A stretch of DNA of 64,000 nt from NCBI GenBank assembly GCA_010015585.1, contig ML975159.1; one strand, 5' to 3'. Positions within the stretch are counted from its first letter, which is position 1, and every line of letters starts with the position of its first letter. A program made the translations under genes and the position numbers. The notes below the pieces were generated by a model, which had not been told where the DNA came from, did no database searches, and was given only the letters and a program-made list of their open reading frames with translations. This DNA is from Eremomyces bilateralis CBS 781.70 (lineage: Eukaryota). Positions 38,984 through 50,191 of the stretch are shown piece after piece.

Positions 38984-40628
38984 ATGGAAAATAATGTGGA
39001 CGCTGCCAGTAGTAGGCTACTCGACGATCTGCACTTCCAGAAACAAAGGCTCGACGATTTGCTCTCGAAGTTGAGAACCAGCCTGAAATATTGGCAGACG
39101 TGCGAGCTCGAGTATGAAAAGCTGAAGGAGGAGATTTTGCACTCAGGAGAGGAAGTGTCGTCAGAGAAGATTATTGAATCATGGATGTTATATGACAAAC
39201 GGGTCATCCAGGCATCAGAAGTCAAAGAAATCTTTAGGCATGACAAGGGCCTCGATCGATCATCAGCACAAGTAGCCGATGTAGTGTCGAGAAGGGTTGA
39301 CTATGTTCAACAAAATATCCGATCCATACAGAAGCAGATTCATGTCGGCGAAAAGGCCTTGGAAAAGGTTGACAACGCGCTGAATCCCCTATTTAATGAG
39401 GCGGAACCGAATGTCTTGCCACTTGCGGAAATCCGGGAAGAACTTGATGAGGATGGCAACGTCATCTGTATGTTTCTGCGTAACTCTACTTGATGTCTTA
39501 AATTAACTGTGTGCAGCAAGCCACGTATCACAGCCGGCTACAGAAGCCGATGGAATCCAGGCCATGCTTGAGAAAGCGGGTATATCGCTTCCAGAAAAGA
39601 GCACGAGCGATGATTTCGCTGCCGCTAGGAAAGAATCATCAAAAGCTCAAGTACAACCTGCGCCTGACATCACCTCTCCGAGTGATGTGCGGGCGAGCAG
39701 CACCACCAAAATCGCCCAGCAGAATCCGAGTAACTCGGATGGTCATGAAGACCATCGACCTCCTTCAGATTCAACTTCGCAACCAGCACTGCCGAAGGCT
39801 GAGCAACCAAGCTCAATGCCTATGTCCAGCGACATGAGAACCATAGAATTAGGCACCGCTGCTGATTCCGGACCCGGGCTTGTTAAAGGCTCATTTTATT
39901 CGGGCACAGATGTGATCGAGCTCAATGAAAATGAGGAGATCATCGGGCGGACACCGCTCGTGCCCGAGAACGAGGCTCCCGAGGATGCAAGCCTGCGTCG
40001 CGAGATGCTCGAATACGGGTTGAACGGCATGGGTCCTGTCGTCGCGGAGATGGACATCGAAGAAGATTCCGACATGGAGTTCGACGAAGTGGACGAGGAA
40101 TTTGAGGATGACACGGGGTCAGAGGAGAACGGATATGGCATGAGCACCAATTTCCAGATCACGGATGAGTATCGTCAGCAGATGATGGAGCTGCAGAGGC
40201 GTCTGAATGCCAGCTTTTCCGACGACCTGGGAGACGGGCGCGAGGACATTCCCCGTACTTTTCCGACACGTCCAAAATCCGCCACAGCAACCCTTCCAGC
40301 ACCGGATAACTCACCGATTCCTAACGGCAAGGCCAAAGTTGCAACCCCGACGTCAGCCCTCAAAAGCGACAAGACCACCCCGAAGAAGGGGGTCAGGTTT
40401 GCCACCGACTTGGATGTGGCGGAAGAATCTGTATCCCATATATCCAAACCGGATACCGCGAGACCGGAACCACAACCACGAGAGAAAGGACCAGCTCCGT
40501 CTCCGCTTGCAGACGTGGTTGAGAGTGCCAAACGTCCTTCCGCTCCTTCGCCTCCAGATACACTAGCCAAGAGCACAAAGCGGGTTAGCCGCTTTAAGGC
40601 CGCAAGAACACACGGGCCGACCTTCTAG
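38984..40628 (+). CDS. BUD27: Prefoldin-like Bud27/URI protein (DUF3835-type C-terminus)
   Basis: LRTSLKYWQTCELEYEKLKEE, RRVDYVQQNI, LAEIREELDEDGNVI|intron, LRREMLEYGL..GPVVAEMD, KKGVRFA, KRVSRFKAAR. Confidence 0.85.
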
Positions 40629-41361
40629 TCCTGGAATCTAGAATCGATCAAGTTTGTTCCTCTATAACAGATGCCTGTGACATGCTGTTGTGAAGTCCCC
40701 CATCAAGCCACTTACAAGTATGCCAACAGATCGCAAGATAAATGGTCAACAAGACCATATATCGAAGTTAGTTATATGCTCTAACTACTGCTAGCATGTT
40801 CTCAAACCGTGTCAACGCTCGCAACGACAGATGGCAACCAACCCTTCATTCGAGGGTCTGGGATATGCACGTCAATGCGTGTTCCATCGCTATCACCCCG
40901 ATATTGATGAATGGGCACTCCGACGCGCCGCCTTTTGGCAAGCTTCACAGGCGTCGCGATTTGTTTTGTCCACAACGTTTCACTCCACGACTGGGCATGA
41001 TACATAGCGAGATGTTATCACATTTGCTAGGACTTTGGCTAGGCAGGTCGGGCAGTTCTGCTTAAGGTGGTCCTGTTGTACTGGTACACTATCACACAAA
41101 AACAGCTTTGTACAGGAGTTGACTAGAAATGTCGGATCGGGCGTTTCTATCGTGTTTAGGTCGCTTTACATAAGTTAGGATACCTTCGACAGTCCCTAGT
41201 TGCCTTGATGACCTTCAGTTACAGGTAACTCTTCTGGCGACAGACTTGGTAGCACCGTAGGATCATTCCTAGTTTAATGAATTATTTATAGTTATTGGAT
41301 TATTTAACTTAGTTAATGATAGTTAACTATGGATTGGAAAGAATAACTAGTTATCAATTCG

Positions 41362-41384
41362 GATTCTGATTCTGATTCTGATTC
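41362..41384. repeat. (GATTCT)n microsatellite, ~4 copies
   Basis: GATTCTGATTCTGATTCTGATTC read directly. Confidence 0.8.
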
Positions 41385-41543
41385 AAATTGAGTCCTTAGG
41401 CACCAAGCTTTTGATGCCTGACGATTATTTTGTTTGAACGACGTCTTCGAAGGTTGAGACTCGAGACCTCAAGTCTTCCTCTAGCAGTCTATTTGACAAT
41501 TCAACGCGTTTCTGCTCGACATTATCCACTCGTTAAAGACTCA

Positions 41544-43544
41544 ATGCAACGATGCCTTGGGTTCCATAACGCATTCTCGCTTTTGGCGCGTACGTGCCTG
41601 CGATCGACTCCTCTCCCGAAATTTCTCTCGCCCGGTTCTCTCCCGTCTATCCGCATCTCGCGCCCTGTCCGACGACACTATGCCCCCCCAGCAGCTAAAC
41701 CGCCTTCGGAGCTCGAGAAACGCATAGCCGCCATTCCGATCTCTCGCTTCCGCAACTTCTGCATCGTTGCGCACGTCGATCATGGCAAGAGCACACTTTC
41801 CGACCGGCTGCTCGAGCTCACGGGGACAATCGATGCTTCGGCGGGGAACAAGCAGATCCTGGATCGGCTGGACGTGGAAAGAGAGCGTGGGATAACGGTC
41901 AAGGCGCAGACATGTAGCATGATCTATAACTACAAAGGAGAGGACTACTTGCTGCATCTGGTGGACACGCCGGGACATGTCGACTTTCGCGCAGAAGTTT
42001 CGCGCAGCTACGCCAGCTGTGGGGGCGCATTGCTCCTCGTCGATGCAAGCCAGGGCGTGCAGGCGCAGACCGTCGCGAATTTCTACTTGGCGTTTGCGCA
42101 GGGGTTGACATTGGTGCCGGTTGTCAATAAGATCGACCTCCCCAGCGCGGACCCGCCACGTGCGCTTGCACAGTTAAAGGAGAAGTTCGAGTTGGATCCC
42201 GATAGTGCGATTCTGTGCTCCGCGAAAACGGGACTGAACGTCGAACCGCTACTTCCAGCCGTCATTGAGAACATACCGCCGCCAGTGGGAGACAGCAATA
42301 ACCATCTGAAGCTCCTTCTGGTGGATTCGTGGTATGACAATTACCGAGGAGTCATCCTGCTTGTCCGCATATTTGAAGGCCAGGTACGGCCGGGAGACTA
42401 TCTCCACAGTTGCGGAACTGGCAATCGGTACTATGTCGGCGAGGTTGGCATCATGTACCCGATCCAGACGCAGCAGACCGTACTGCGTGCTGGCCAAGTC
42501 GGCTACATCTTCTTCAACCCAGGGATGAAGCGGTCTTCAGAAGCGAAGCTTGGTGATACTTTCTGCAAGGTCGGCACAGAAAATCTTGTCGAACCATTCC
42601 CTGGGTTCGAAGATCCGAAATCCATGGTTTTCGTCTCTGCGTTCCCCGTGGAGCAAGATGAGTATCCTCGCCTTGACGACAGTATCAATCAACTGGTCTT
42701 AAATGACCGCAGCATTACTGTCCAAAAGGAGTCTTCGCACGCTTTAGGAGCGGGGTGGCGTTTAGGTTTTCTAGGGACACTGCACGCTTCAGTGTTCGAA
42801 GACCGCCTTCGACACGAACATGGTGGTAGCCTCATCATCACTCCACCTGCTGTGCCTTTCAAGGTGATATGGCGCGATGGCACTGAGAAGGTTTATTCAA
42901 GTCCAAAAGACTTTCCGGATGGAGATGCCGAATCCCGCAAGGTGGACGAATTACAAGAACCATGTGTGCGCGTCACGATTACTGTACCGCAAGAGTACCT
43001 TGGAAGCGTTATCGAACTGTGTGAGGGCAATCGAGGCACACAAGAGGATATGCACTTCTGGTCCGCCACCCAGGTTATCCTCACATATGTCCTCCCTCTC
43101 TCCGAACTAGTTGATGACTTCTTCGGCAAACTCAAGTCGCTCACCCAAGGGTACGCATCCCTCGACTACGAAGACGCCGGATGGCGCAAGTCCTCCATCG
43201 TCAAGCTTCAGCTGCTTGTAAGCAGAGAGCCAGTCGACGCCATCGCTCGCGTGATCCACAACTCCGACGCGCCGCGGATGGCCAAGCGGTGGGTATCGAA
43301 ATTCAAGGAGAACGTCGACCGGCAGAACTTCGAAGTCATCATCCAAGCTGCGGTGGGGAAGAAGGTGCTCGCGCGGGAGACGATCAAGCCGTTCAGGAAG
43401 GACGTGCTGGCAAAGCTCCATGCGTCGGATGTCACGCGCAGGAAGAAGCTGTTGGAGAAGCAGAAGGAGGGGAAGAAGAGGATGAAGGCGGTAGGGAATG
43501 TTGTTATTGAGCATAGCAGTTTTCAGAAGTTCTTGGCTAAGTAG
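41544..43544 (+). CDS. GUF1: Mitochondrial translation factor GUF1 (EF4/LepA)
   Basis: [70 protein letters not shown]. Arg/Leu/Ser-rich presequence from ATG 41544. Confidence 0.97.
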   Translation: MQRCLGFHNAFSLLARTCLRSTPLPKFLSPGSLPSIRISRPVRRHYAPPAAKPPSELEKRIAAIPISRFRNFCIVAHVDHGKSTLSDRLLELTGTIDASAGNKQILDRLDVERERGITVKAQTCSMIYNYKGEDYLLHLVDTPGHVDFRAEVSRSYASCGGALLLVDASQGVQAQTVANFYLAFAQGLTLVPVVNKIDLPSADPPRALAQLKEKFELDPDSAILCSAKTGLNVEPLLPAVIENIPPPVGDSNNHLKLLLVDSWYDNYRGVILLVRIFEGQVRPGDYLHSCGTGNRYYVGEVGIMYPIQTQQTVLRAGQVGYIFFNPGMKRSSEAKLGDTFCKVGTENLVEPFPGFEDPKSMVFVSAFPVEQDEYPRLDDSINQLVLNDRSITVQKESSHALGAGWRLGFLGTLHASVFEDRLRHEHGGSLIITPPAVPFKVIWRDGTEKVYSSPKDFPDGDAESRKVDELQEPCVRVTITVPQEYLGSVIELCEGNRGTQEDMHFWSATQVILTYVLPLSELVDDFFGKLKSLTQGYASLDYEDAGWRKSSIVKLQLLVSREPVDAIARVIHNSDAPRMAKRWVSKFKENVDRQNFEVIIQAAVGKKVLARETIKPFRKDVLAKLHASDVTRRKKLLEKQKEGKKRMKAVGNVVIEHSSFQKFLAK

Positions 43545-45028
43545 TCACCCCGTCGCCCTATAGGTAGATAGTCCAGGCTATTTCAATTAGTACTCATGTT
43601 CATATGTCGTCCTTGCGTAGTCAACTTAGCGCCCGGAGTCCTCTGGTGGTTGGTTGCTGTCAGTTTCGCCGAGAGTCTGAATTCATTTATATGGAGTCAA
43701 TGTCTGCACTTGCTTGCGTGCTGGCTTCCTTCATCAATCCCTTTATATCCATCGATTGCACTTCTATCTTACGAACCGCTGAACGCTTTCCCAGGACATG
43801 GTCACTGCTGATTCTAGGTACTTTTGAGTTGTCAAATATTCTGTGTGTTTAGCAAACCTCTGATACGGCATCCAACCACAGCACTGATTTCACTGACATT
43901 GCGGGTACAGTTTGTTTGCGGGTTTGGCCAACTAGCCTACTGCTCATTAGGGAGCGTCCAGTTCCCCTGTGGCATACGTTATTACTGCTGCTTAATCTAG
44001 GCTGTAGTTCTGCTGTTTGCCTCTGTTGGGTGAATATGGAAACTTCGCACAACATGTAAGGATCCTCCAGGCTCTTCTGGAGAATTATTTAAGCCGATTG
44101 TCCATCTGGACCAGAAGCGGTTCGATCACACTCCTACAACCAAGGCGATCGCATCGCCCTAACATATGCGATCCTTTGAGGACGATCCGTCGATGACTAG
44201 AGCTAACGCATGCAGTATGGCTGTCCCATCTGGAATCGGAGACGGGACGTATCAGCACAGCGCCCCGCGCGCCCCCCACCTTTTTCCAGTTCATGAACGC
44301 AGAACTGCAATTTCATGCTTAATTGAGCTCTCCGAGTTCTCGGTGACAGAAAAATCGTACGATTGTGTCCCGGAAGACTGCTGTAGTCGCGTCAGAACGT
44401 GGGAGTTGGGTTCGCTTCATGGACGAGACGGCACCTTCATACATATTGTGCCTTCAAATTGCACCATCGGATCCAAGCTTCGCCATAATCTCGCATAAAT
44501 CAACTAGGAACGGCGGTTAGGCTGACTTGGGGAAGCAGGAGGAAAGAAGAAGGGAAGAAGAGGGGGCTGGTGGCAGCGGTATTAAGCTCCCGCCGCTCCT
44601 TATCACTTTCTGTACAGGCAGGCGGCCAACAATCATACTCTCTCGCGTTCGCACGCATGATCTTCAGAATCAGACGATTCCAATATCGAGACTGAAATCC
44701 CTTAGAACGTGCACATAGTAGACACAGAACACGATCGCCGAGATGGGCACCGGGGTGACTGGATCGAGCCAAAATCAGACGCACCTGGGCGCCACATCCG
44801 CTAATTGCTAGAAAGACCTCCCCCCGGCTTGCAAAGCAACAGCGCGTACCATGTCCTACAAACCAATCCGCCCTCGACACCCGCTCCGCCGTCTCTACAA
44901 GAAAAAGAGGTTGACCTAGCGATGGAAGCCATACGGTTTCCGACCATAGAATACAAGCTGTTTCACTATAGTGATCCATCTCCATGGTTCTCCAAAATAG
45001 CACTGTGACACGCTCATCAGGTCCACCA

Positions 45029-46420
45029 TCACTGTTTTGGCACGAAAAGGCCCCTGTCTGGCTCACACTTGGTGCCATGCTCCGGAAGCGTACCGTTGAC
45101 GAAGTATCTCGCGATATGCTGCGATGTGCAGGTTGGTGGCTGCGAAAGGGACAAGTGCTGGAAATGTTATTAGAATCAGGGTCATCTAGGCAGGTCAAAC
45201 CAAAGAGTAGAACTTACGCCATATCCGTTATACTATAGCAACACACTGCCCTCCAATCCGGCGCTCACATTCTTCGCTGACACCAACGGCGTGACCGGAT
45301 CCCAAGTATTCCCGATGATCAAAACTGGTTGGCTTGTCTTGGCCGTGAAGTTGCCATCGTACCGCTCTTTCGCCGTAAACGGCCACTGCGCGCACGCCGC
45401 GATGTTGGTGGTCGGGACATCGCCGAATGCCTTCGAAACCTCTAGTGAGCGCTGCGGCGCCTGGTGCCCCTGTTCGACGTCGTCGGTGCGCACAATCTTG
45501 TCACCACAGCGGATGCCTATCATGGACTGGCGCCGGATGCTGCCGCCGTTGACGTTGGAGAGGCCGGTGCGTGATCTGTAGTTCGCGGCGATGAGGGACT
45601 TCTAGTCGTTGGCGTAGATCCCGGCAAGGATGATGGCGAGCGCGGGGTACTTTGTAGGGTAGTAGAGGGAGCTGATGATGTTGGCCTTGACGAAGGCGTA
45701 GGTGATGATGTTGCGCCCCGCGGGAAGGGGGTTCACTGCGAGGTTCGAGAGCATATCGTTGAGCTTCTTCTCCAGGCCTTCAGGAGATTTGGCGAGAGGC
45801 GCGAGCGCGCAGGTGTCGGGATGCTTCATGCACGCGCGAAGGAACTCGCGCCATACCTTGTCCGTGGCTGCGTACTGCTGTGATTCCTTGAGCGTGTAGT
45901 AGTATTCGAGGGGGTTGAGGACGCCGTCCAATATCACGCGATTCACACGGTCCGGGAACATATTCACCGCCGTATTACCCAAGAGCATACCATATGACAC
46001 GTCCCAGTAGTTCAACTTATCCCCTTCTCCCAGGTTATCCAGGATCGAAAACATTTCGCGGATGGTGAACGAGGTGCCAATGTAGTCGCCCCAGTCGCTA
46101 CGGGTTTCCTTACATGTGTTCCCACGAACGGCACCCTCCGCCCAGGCGCGGCTGAATGCCTGACCCGATCCACCGATGTCGTCGGTGAGCGTCACCAACG
46201 AAAGCTCGCTGTCGGTGTCGTTGGCGTAGCAGTCAAAGAAGAGGGTTTCGCCGGTCCCTCGGGGGTCCCAGCTAATGAGGTCGTGCTGACCACCCGTCAT
46301 GCTGAATAACGTCACTACCACTGAAAGGTGTGAGGAGCAAGTGACGAGTTGACATACGGTTGCACTGTGCTAGCAGAGGCAGCCATGTTGGCGATGCCAT
46401 CACCACCCGGACCACCCCCT
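45029..46420 (-). pseudogene. Alpha/beta hydrolase (peptidase S33/TAP-like) pseudogene, 5'-truncated
   Basis: GGPGG, WDPRGTG, YWDVSYG (nucleophile elbow G>D), ILDG, DPVTP, GYG|H, YFVNGTLP..GTKC. In-frame TAG at 45602-04 and 45233-35. No N-terminus found upstream. Confidence 0.85.
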
Positions 46421-47776
46421 TTGTGCCATGTCCTAGTTCAGTTGTAGATCATCACATCCGTTGATCCTCATCAACAACGGGGCCCACGGGAAGTCAACAG
46501 AACAGGGAGATGAGGAATCAGGAATTGTGTAGAGAAGTACCTAGTTAGCTAAGAGCTACGCCACATGGTACACCTGTTCCTCTAGGGAATTGAAATTTGT
46601 AGCCCGCAGGTCGCAGGCTACCCTTTCATAACCTTGACGATGTTATCAGTTTTTCCGAGATATTGCGGTTCCTAATTAATGTGCTCACCTCTATGGATCT
46701 CCATATCTTGGGCCTTCCTGACCAAAAGGACCGAACGCTTCGCGAAGGAGCTCGACAAAGCACCACTTTTGCGCTCAGTGCAGCCGGAGTGGGAGTCGAA
46801 GCCTCGAAGGGTAAACTCGGAAAACCGGGCAGAATGACGACGTTCGGTTGATCCATCCGGATGCACTGTCGATCACCAACTTAGCCGTTCCTGATCAGGT
46901 AAAATGGAGCGCATTGGCGAATGAGCGTGTTCCTATAGGCAATAAAGGACCTGCATCGATTTCTCTCAAAACAATCAAGGTGTCCTGTTGGGCCGGTACC
47001 TCGTGTTCTCACCATTTTACCGGCGGTGGACATCCGGACTACGTGAGAGCTACCTTACGGAGCTACTGAGCGGTTGAGATTTGAGGATAGACTAAAGCGG
47101 GCAGGGCACGCAAAAGACCAGACCAGCTTGCATCTAATTCAAGAAACAGAGAACGGTGTAGCATGGCGGAACCTTACGTGTCAACTGTCCAAGTACTAAA
47201 CTATGTTGATCATCTGATTATGTACTGCTTACAACGTATCCATACTGTAGTCGTTGGAAGAGGTACCATTCATTCTCAAGATCCTGAGCCTTGAGATCGC
47301 CGTCAAGCTCGGCCTCTGGATCTCTGCAATGGAAGGATTCTAAACCTCGTAATTATCATACTGTAGTACAACCCTAGTTAGTGCCACCAGAACCTCAGTA
47401 CTCCCTGCAGTCAACGAATCGTACTTGACCAAGTGCGTTTCCAGGGTTTGTTTATTATTAGAGTAAACCATCACGGAGCTAAAGCCATTCCGCCGGGTTC
47501 TGATCTGCAAGACTGCAACTGGCCATAAACTGCCAAGGATCTATCTCATTGGAAATGCGCAGGGTAACACCAGAAACGGTATTAGTGACGGAAGAGGCTG
47601 ACGCCCATACAACAGGGACTTCCCATAGGGCTGAGGTGGAATGCTGCGGTGGAATCACCATGCGCCATCCCATCACGTCGATCATGGCAAATTGTCAACA
47701 CCTCCATCAATTATCCGTCTGGAAGCAACACCACAAGGCAACGGCAGCGGCACCGTTGCGCTGGCTATAGAATTGG

Positions 47777-47841
47777 AGGACCACCCCCTATTTCCCGCCG
47801 ATTGCCCTGTCGGGTCTTGGCACATAATAGGCAAAGGACTG
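47777..47841 (+). ncRNA. Candidate, possibly decayed, HDV-like ribozyme
   Basis: P1 AGGACC/GGTCTT, P3 CGA/TCG around loop TTGCCCTG, GGCA after P1 complementary to loop TGCC. P2 register ambiguous. Confidence 0.4.
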
Positions 47842-49143
47842 AGATCCCGTAATATCGAGTTTACTGGCCCGAGAAGGGCTCGCGCATATCCAGCTCGGTA
47901 TATAGAGTATACGGCGCGAACCTAGTCTATACCGACCCCTTTTTCCTGCGTGACTAGTTATTATAGTCCGTAATAGCAAGCACTAGAAATTCTGCATCAT
48001 AATACGCACAGGAAGATAAGGAGATCAGCAACCGAACAAACGCGTCGCGACGCGTCAAGAGTGCACACACCAGCAATAGTCGAGCATCAGGAACCTACAC
48101 AGCTAGTGGCCATCGTCTCACCGAAACCCTACACTACCGTATACAACACAGGAATCTGTGCAATAGAAAGGATCACCAGGAATTCCCCGCCCCCTTTCCC
48201 GAGGGCGCCTCCAGGAAGAAGGGGCACAGTAACACCGACAACCCCAGAACCACCAAGCACAGGATCGATGAAGAAATTAGATGAAAAGACTTGTATTGAC
48301 TAATTCTGAGATGTAGAAGACATATGATTCCTTTTATGGTAGGAATTGTTACGTTAACACATTTTCCTGTGTTCTCTTCCTTATCACTTCCAGTCATCCT
48401 CTTTTCCAACAATCGACCCCCATGCCACTAGGAGTCACAACAAGAGCAGGAATGATAGCCCAAGGGATGGCAAAGGCCAGAGCCCAGGAACTAAACAAAC
48501 GACTGCAGCAAGAGATGGCGACTAGCCAAAAGAAGGACCACGGCTCGAGTGACGCGATTACCAAGATGTTCCGAGACGGCATCGCCGCACTAGAAGTGTC
48601 TAGACTCTAGAACAAGGAATCAAAGCACAGACATTGGAACTGAAAACTGAGAACGAAAGCCTGAAGAGCGAACAAAAATGTATGACCAACAAATTCGAGA
48701 GCGCCACGAACAAACTTGAGGAGACTAAGAACAAATTCCAGGATATGGAGAAGTCGATCGAGACTATGAGACAAACCCTAGAGAGAGTTGAACAAACGGT
48801 GGCTAGCCGACCCAGTATAGCTAGTCCCTTAGGAAGCGCGCGAACGGGATCATACGCCGCAATTACCGCGGCAGGATCGAACAGCCTGACAGCCCCTTCA
48901 CCGACAATGCTCTCACCATCGATCGCCATTATTATGGCTTCTACTACTCTATGGTCTCAATCCTCCGATCCGACGCTATGCCCGAGTAAGAGCAGCGTCA
49001 CTCTAGAGCAGAACCTAGAGGAACAGAGACGTCCAGCAAACTGACTATCTTATCCCCCTACTATAGTTAACTATAATAATTTCCTATGTTAACTTAGAAG
49101 CAGATAACTAGTTATAAAAGTTAAAGAAGGAAGATAGGAAAAT

Positions 49144-49217
49144 GGGGGCACAAGGCCACAAGGCACCAACGCATGTAATTAGTCAGCCTAGGTAGTTCCA
49201 CACTTCCACACGTGGGC
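49144..49217 (+). ncRNA. 5' half of an HDV-like ribozyme remnant (truncated)
   Basis: GGGGGC(A)...CAC-TTCCACAC-GTG-GGC matches the P1/P3/L3 order. P1.1 GG, P4, J4/2 and the P2 3' strand are missing. Confidence 0.35.
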
Positions 49218-49368
49218 GTATGAATCTCTCTCATTCTTATGAACAAAATCTTATAGTTACATCTCTTCTCTCGGAACAAGTACTGCTACCTAAGTCCTAA
49301 GTTCTCACTTGTCCTTGAAATGACTACGCGTCTGCTACTTACACATCTATCGTGTATGTTGCAATGCT

Positions 49369-50080
49369 CTCAAGCATTGTCCGTTCCCAAGGTTTCCGTT
49401 TCGGTGGCCACTTCACCCTCTTCTCCGCCCGAACATAGAGGTTGTTAGGCCGAATCAACTGGAACATGGGATCATACTCGATCGGTCCATCGACCTCCCG
49501 AGTAAATTTATACCGATAGATCAACTTCGGAATGAAAACCTTGATCTCCTGTAGGGCAGAATTGAACCCAATGTACATACGCGGGCCCGTAGCGAATGGG
49601 ATATACACTGCCTTGTGTCTGCCCTTGACCTCCTCGGTGTCCCAGCGGTCAGGGTTGAACTGATGAGGATTATCCCACAGATTAGGGCTGTTGTGGATGT
49701 GGTGTAGCGCCGGGATAACAATTGAGTCCTTAGGGATCTTGTACCCCCCGGAAGCACAAGGTCAACCTTGGCGGTTCGTCCCGGTTGGAAACTTGGGTTG
49801 TGGCGACGCTGGGTCTCCTTGATATACTTATCGAGAAAACTGAGTCGGTCGATGACATCTGCTGTGATTTCGGTATTCTCATCAATGTCGTTATCGATCA
49901 GTTCTTGGAGTAGCTTCTCTTGCATCCCCCGGGTACGTGACAAGACCATATATGAGCCAGGAAAGCAGGGAACTGGTGGTTGTAAAGCCGGCTCCGGTTG
50001 CGACTATGAGAGCCCAGATCAAGCTTGATTTAGGTAGCTTTTCGCCTTTGTTGTCGGTTCCACGGATGGCATAGTCCAAG
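49369..50080 (-). pseudogene. Cytochrome P450 pseudogene, C-terminal half only (tentatively CYP540/CYP541-like)
   Basis: I-helix ATGAGFTTTS, KETQR (ExxR), FNPDRW, heme loop PFATGPRMYIG with Cys>Tyr at 49573-75. Frameshifts in C-runs near 49926 and 49744. 5' half absent. Confidence 0.88.
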
Positions 50081-50191
50081 CGTTCATTAGCATACAAGCG
50101 GAGAGGGTTAGGTTCTGCATGATGTTTACTCACCGACCATATTGGACTCAGCAACCGACACACTACACGATTGGCAGTTACCAGACTCGTC

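Larger units (their letters stand above)
47775..49218 (+). mobile_element. Relic of a probable non-LTR retrotransposon (Tad1/CgT1-like LINE): 5' leader plus disrupted ORF1/gag-like frame, no RT
   Basis: A/C-rich leader, then ORF pieces 48422-48610 and 48634-49044 (frameshift plus TAG) encoding a coiled coil followed by SYAAITA, a pattern typical of fungal LINE ORF1. TpA-rich tail at 49050-49140. Family call is inference. Confidence 0.5.

Noticed and set aside
44500..45198. 232-aa minus-strand ORF
   Set aside because: Starts inside the hydrolase intron and overlaps its last exon out of frame; no motifs.
46430..47770. Possible further gene fragments or a Starship captain in the island
   Set aside because: No tyrosine-recombinase or other diagnostic motif seen; needs blastx.
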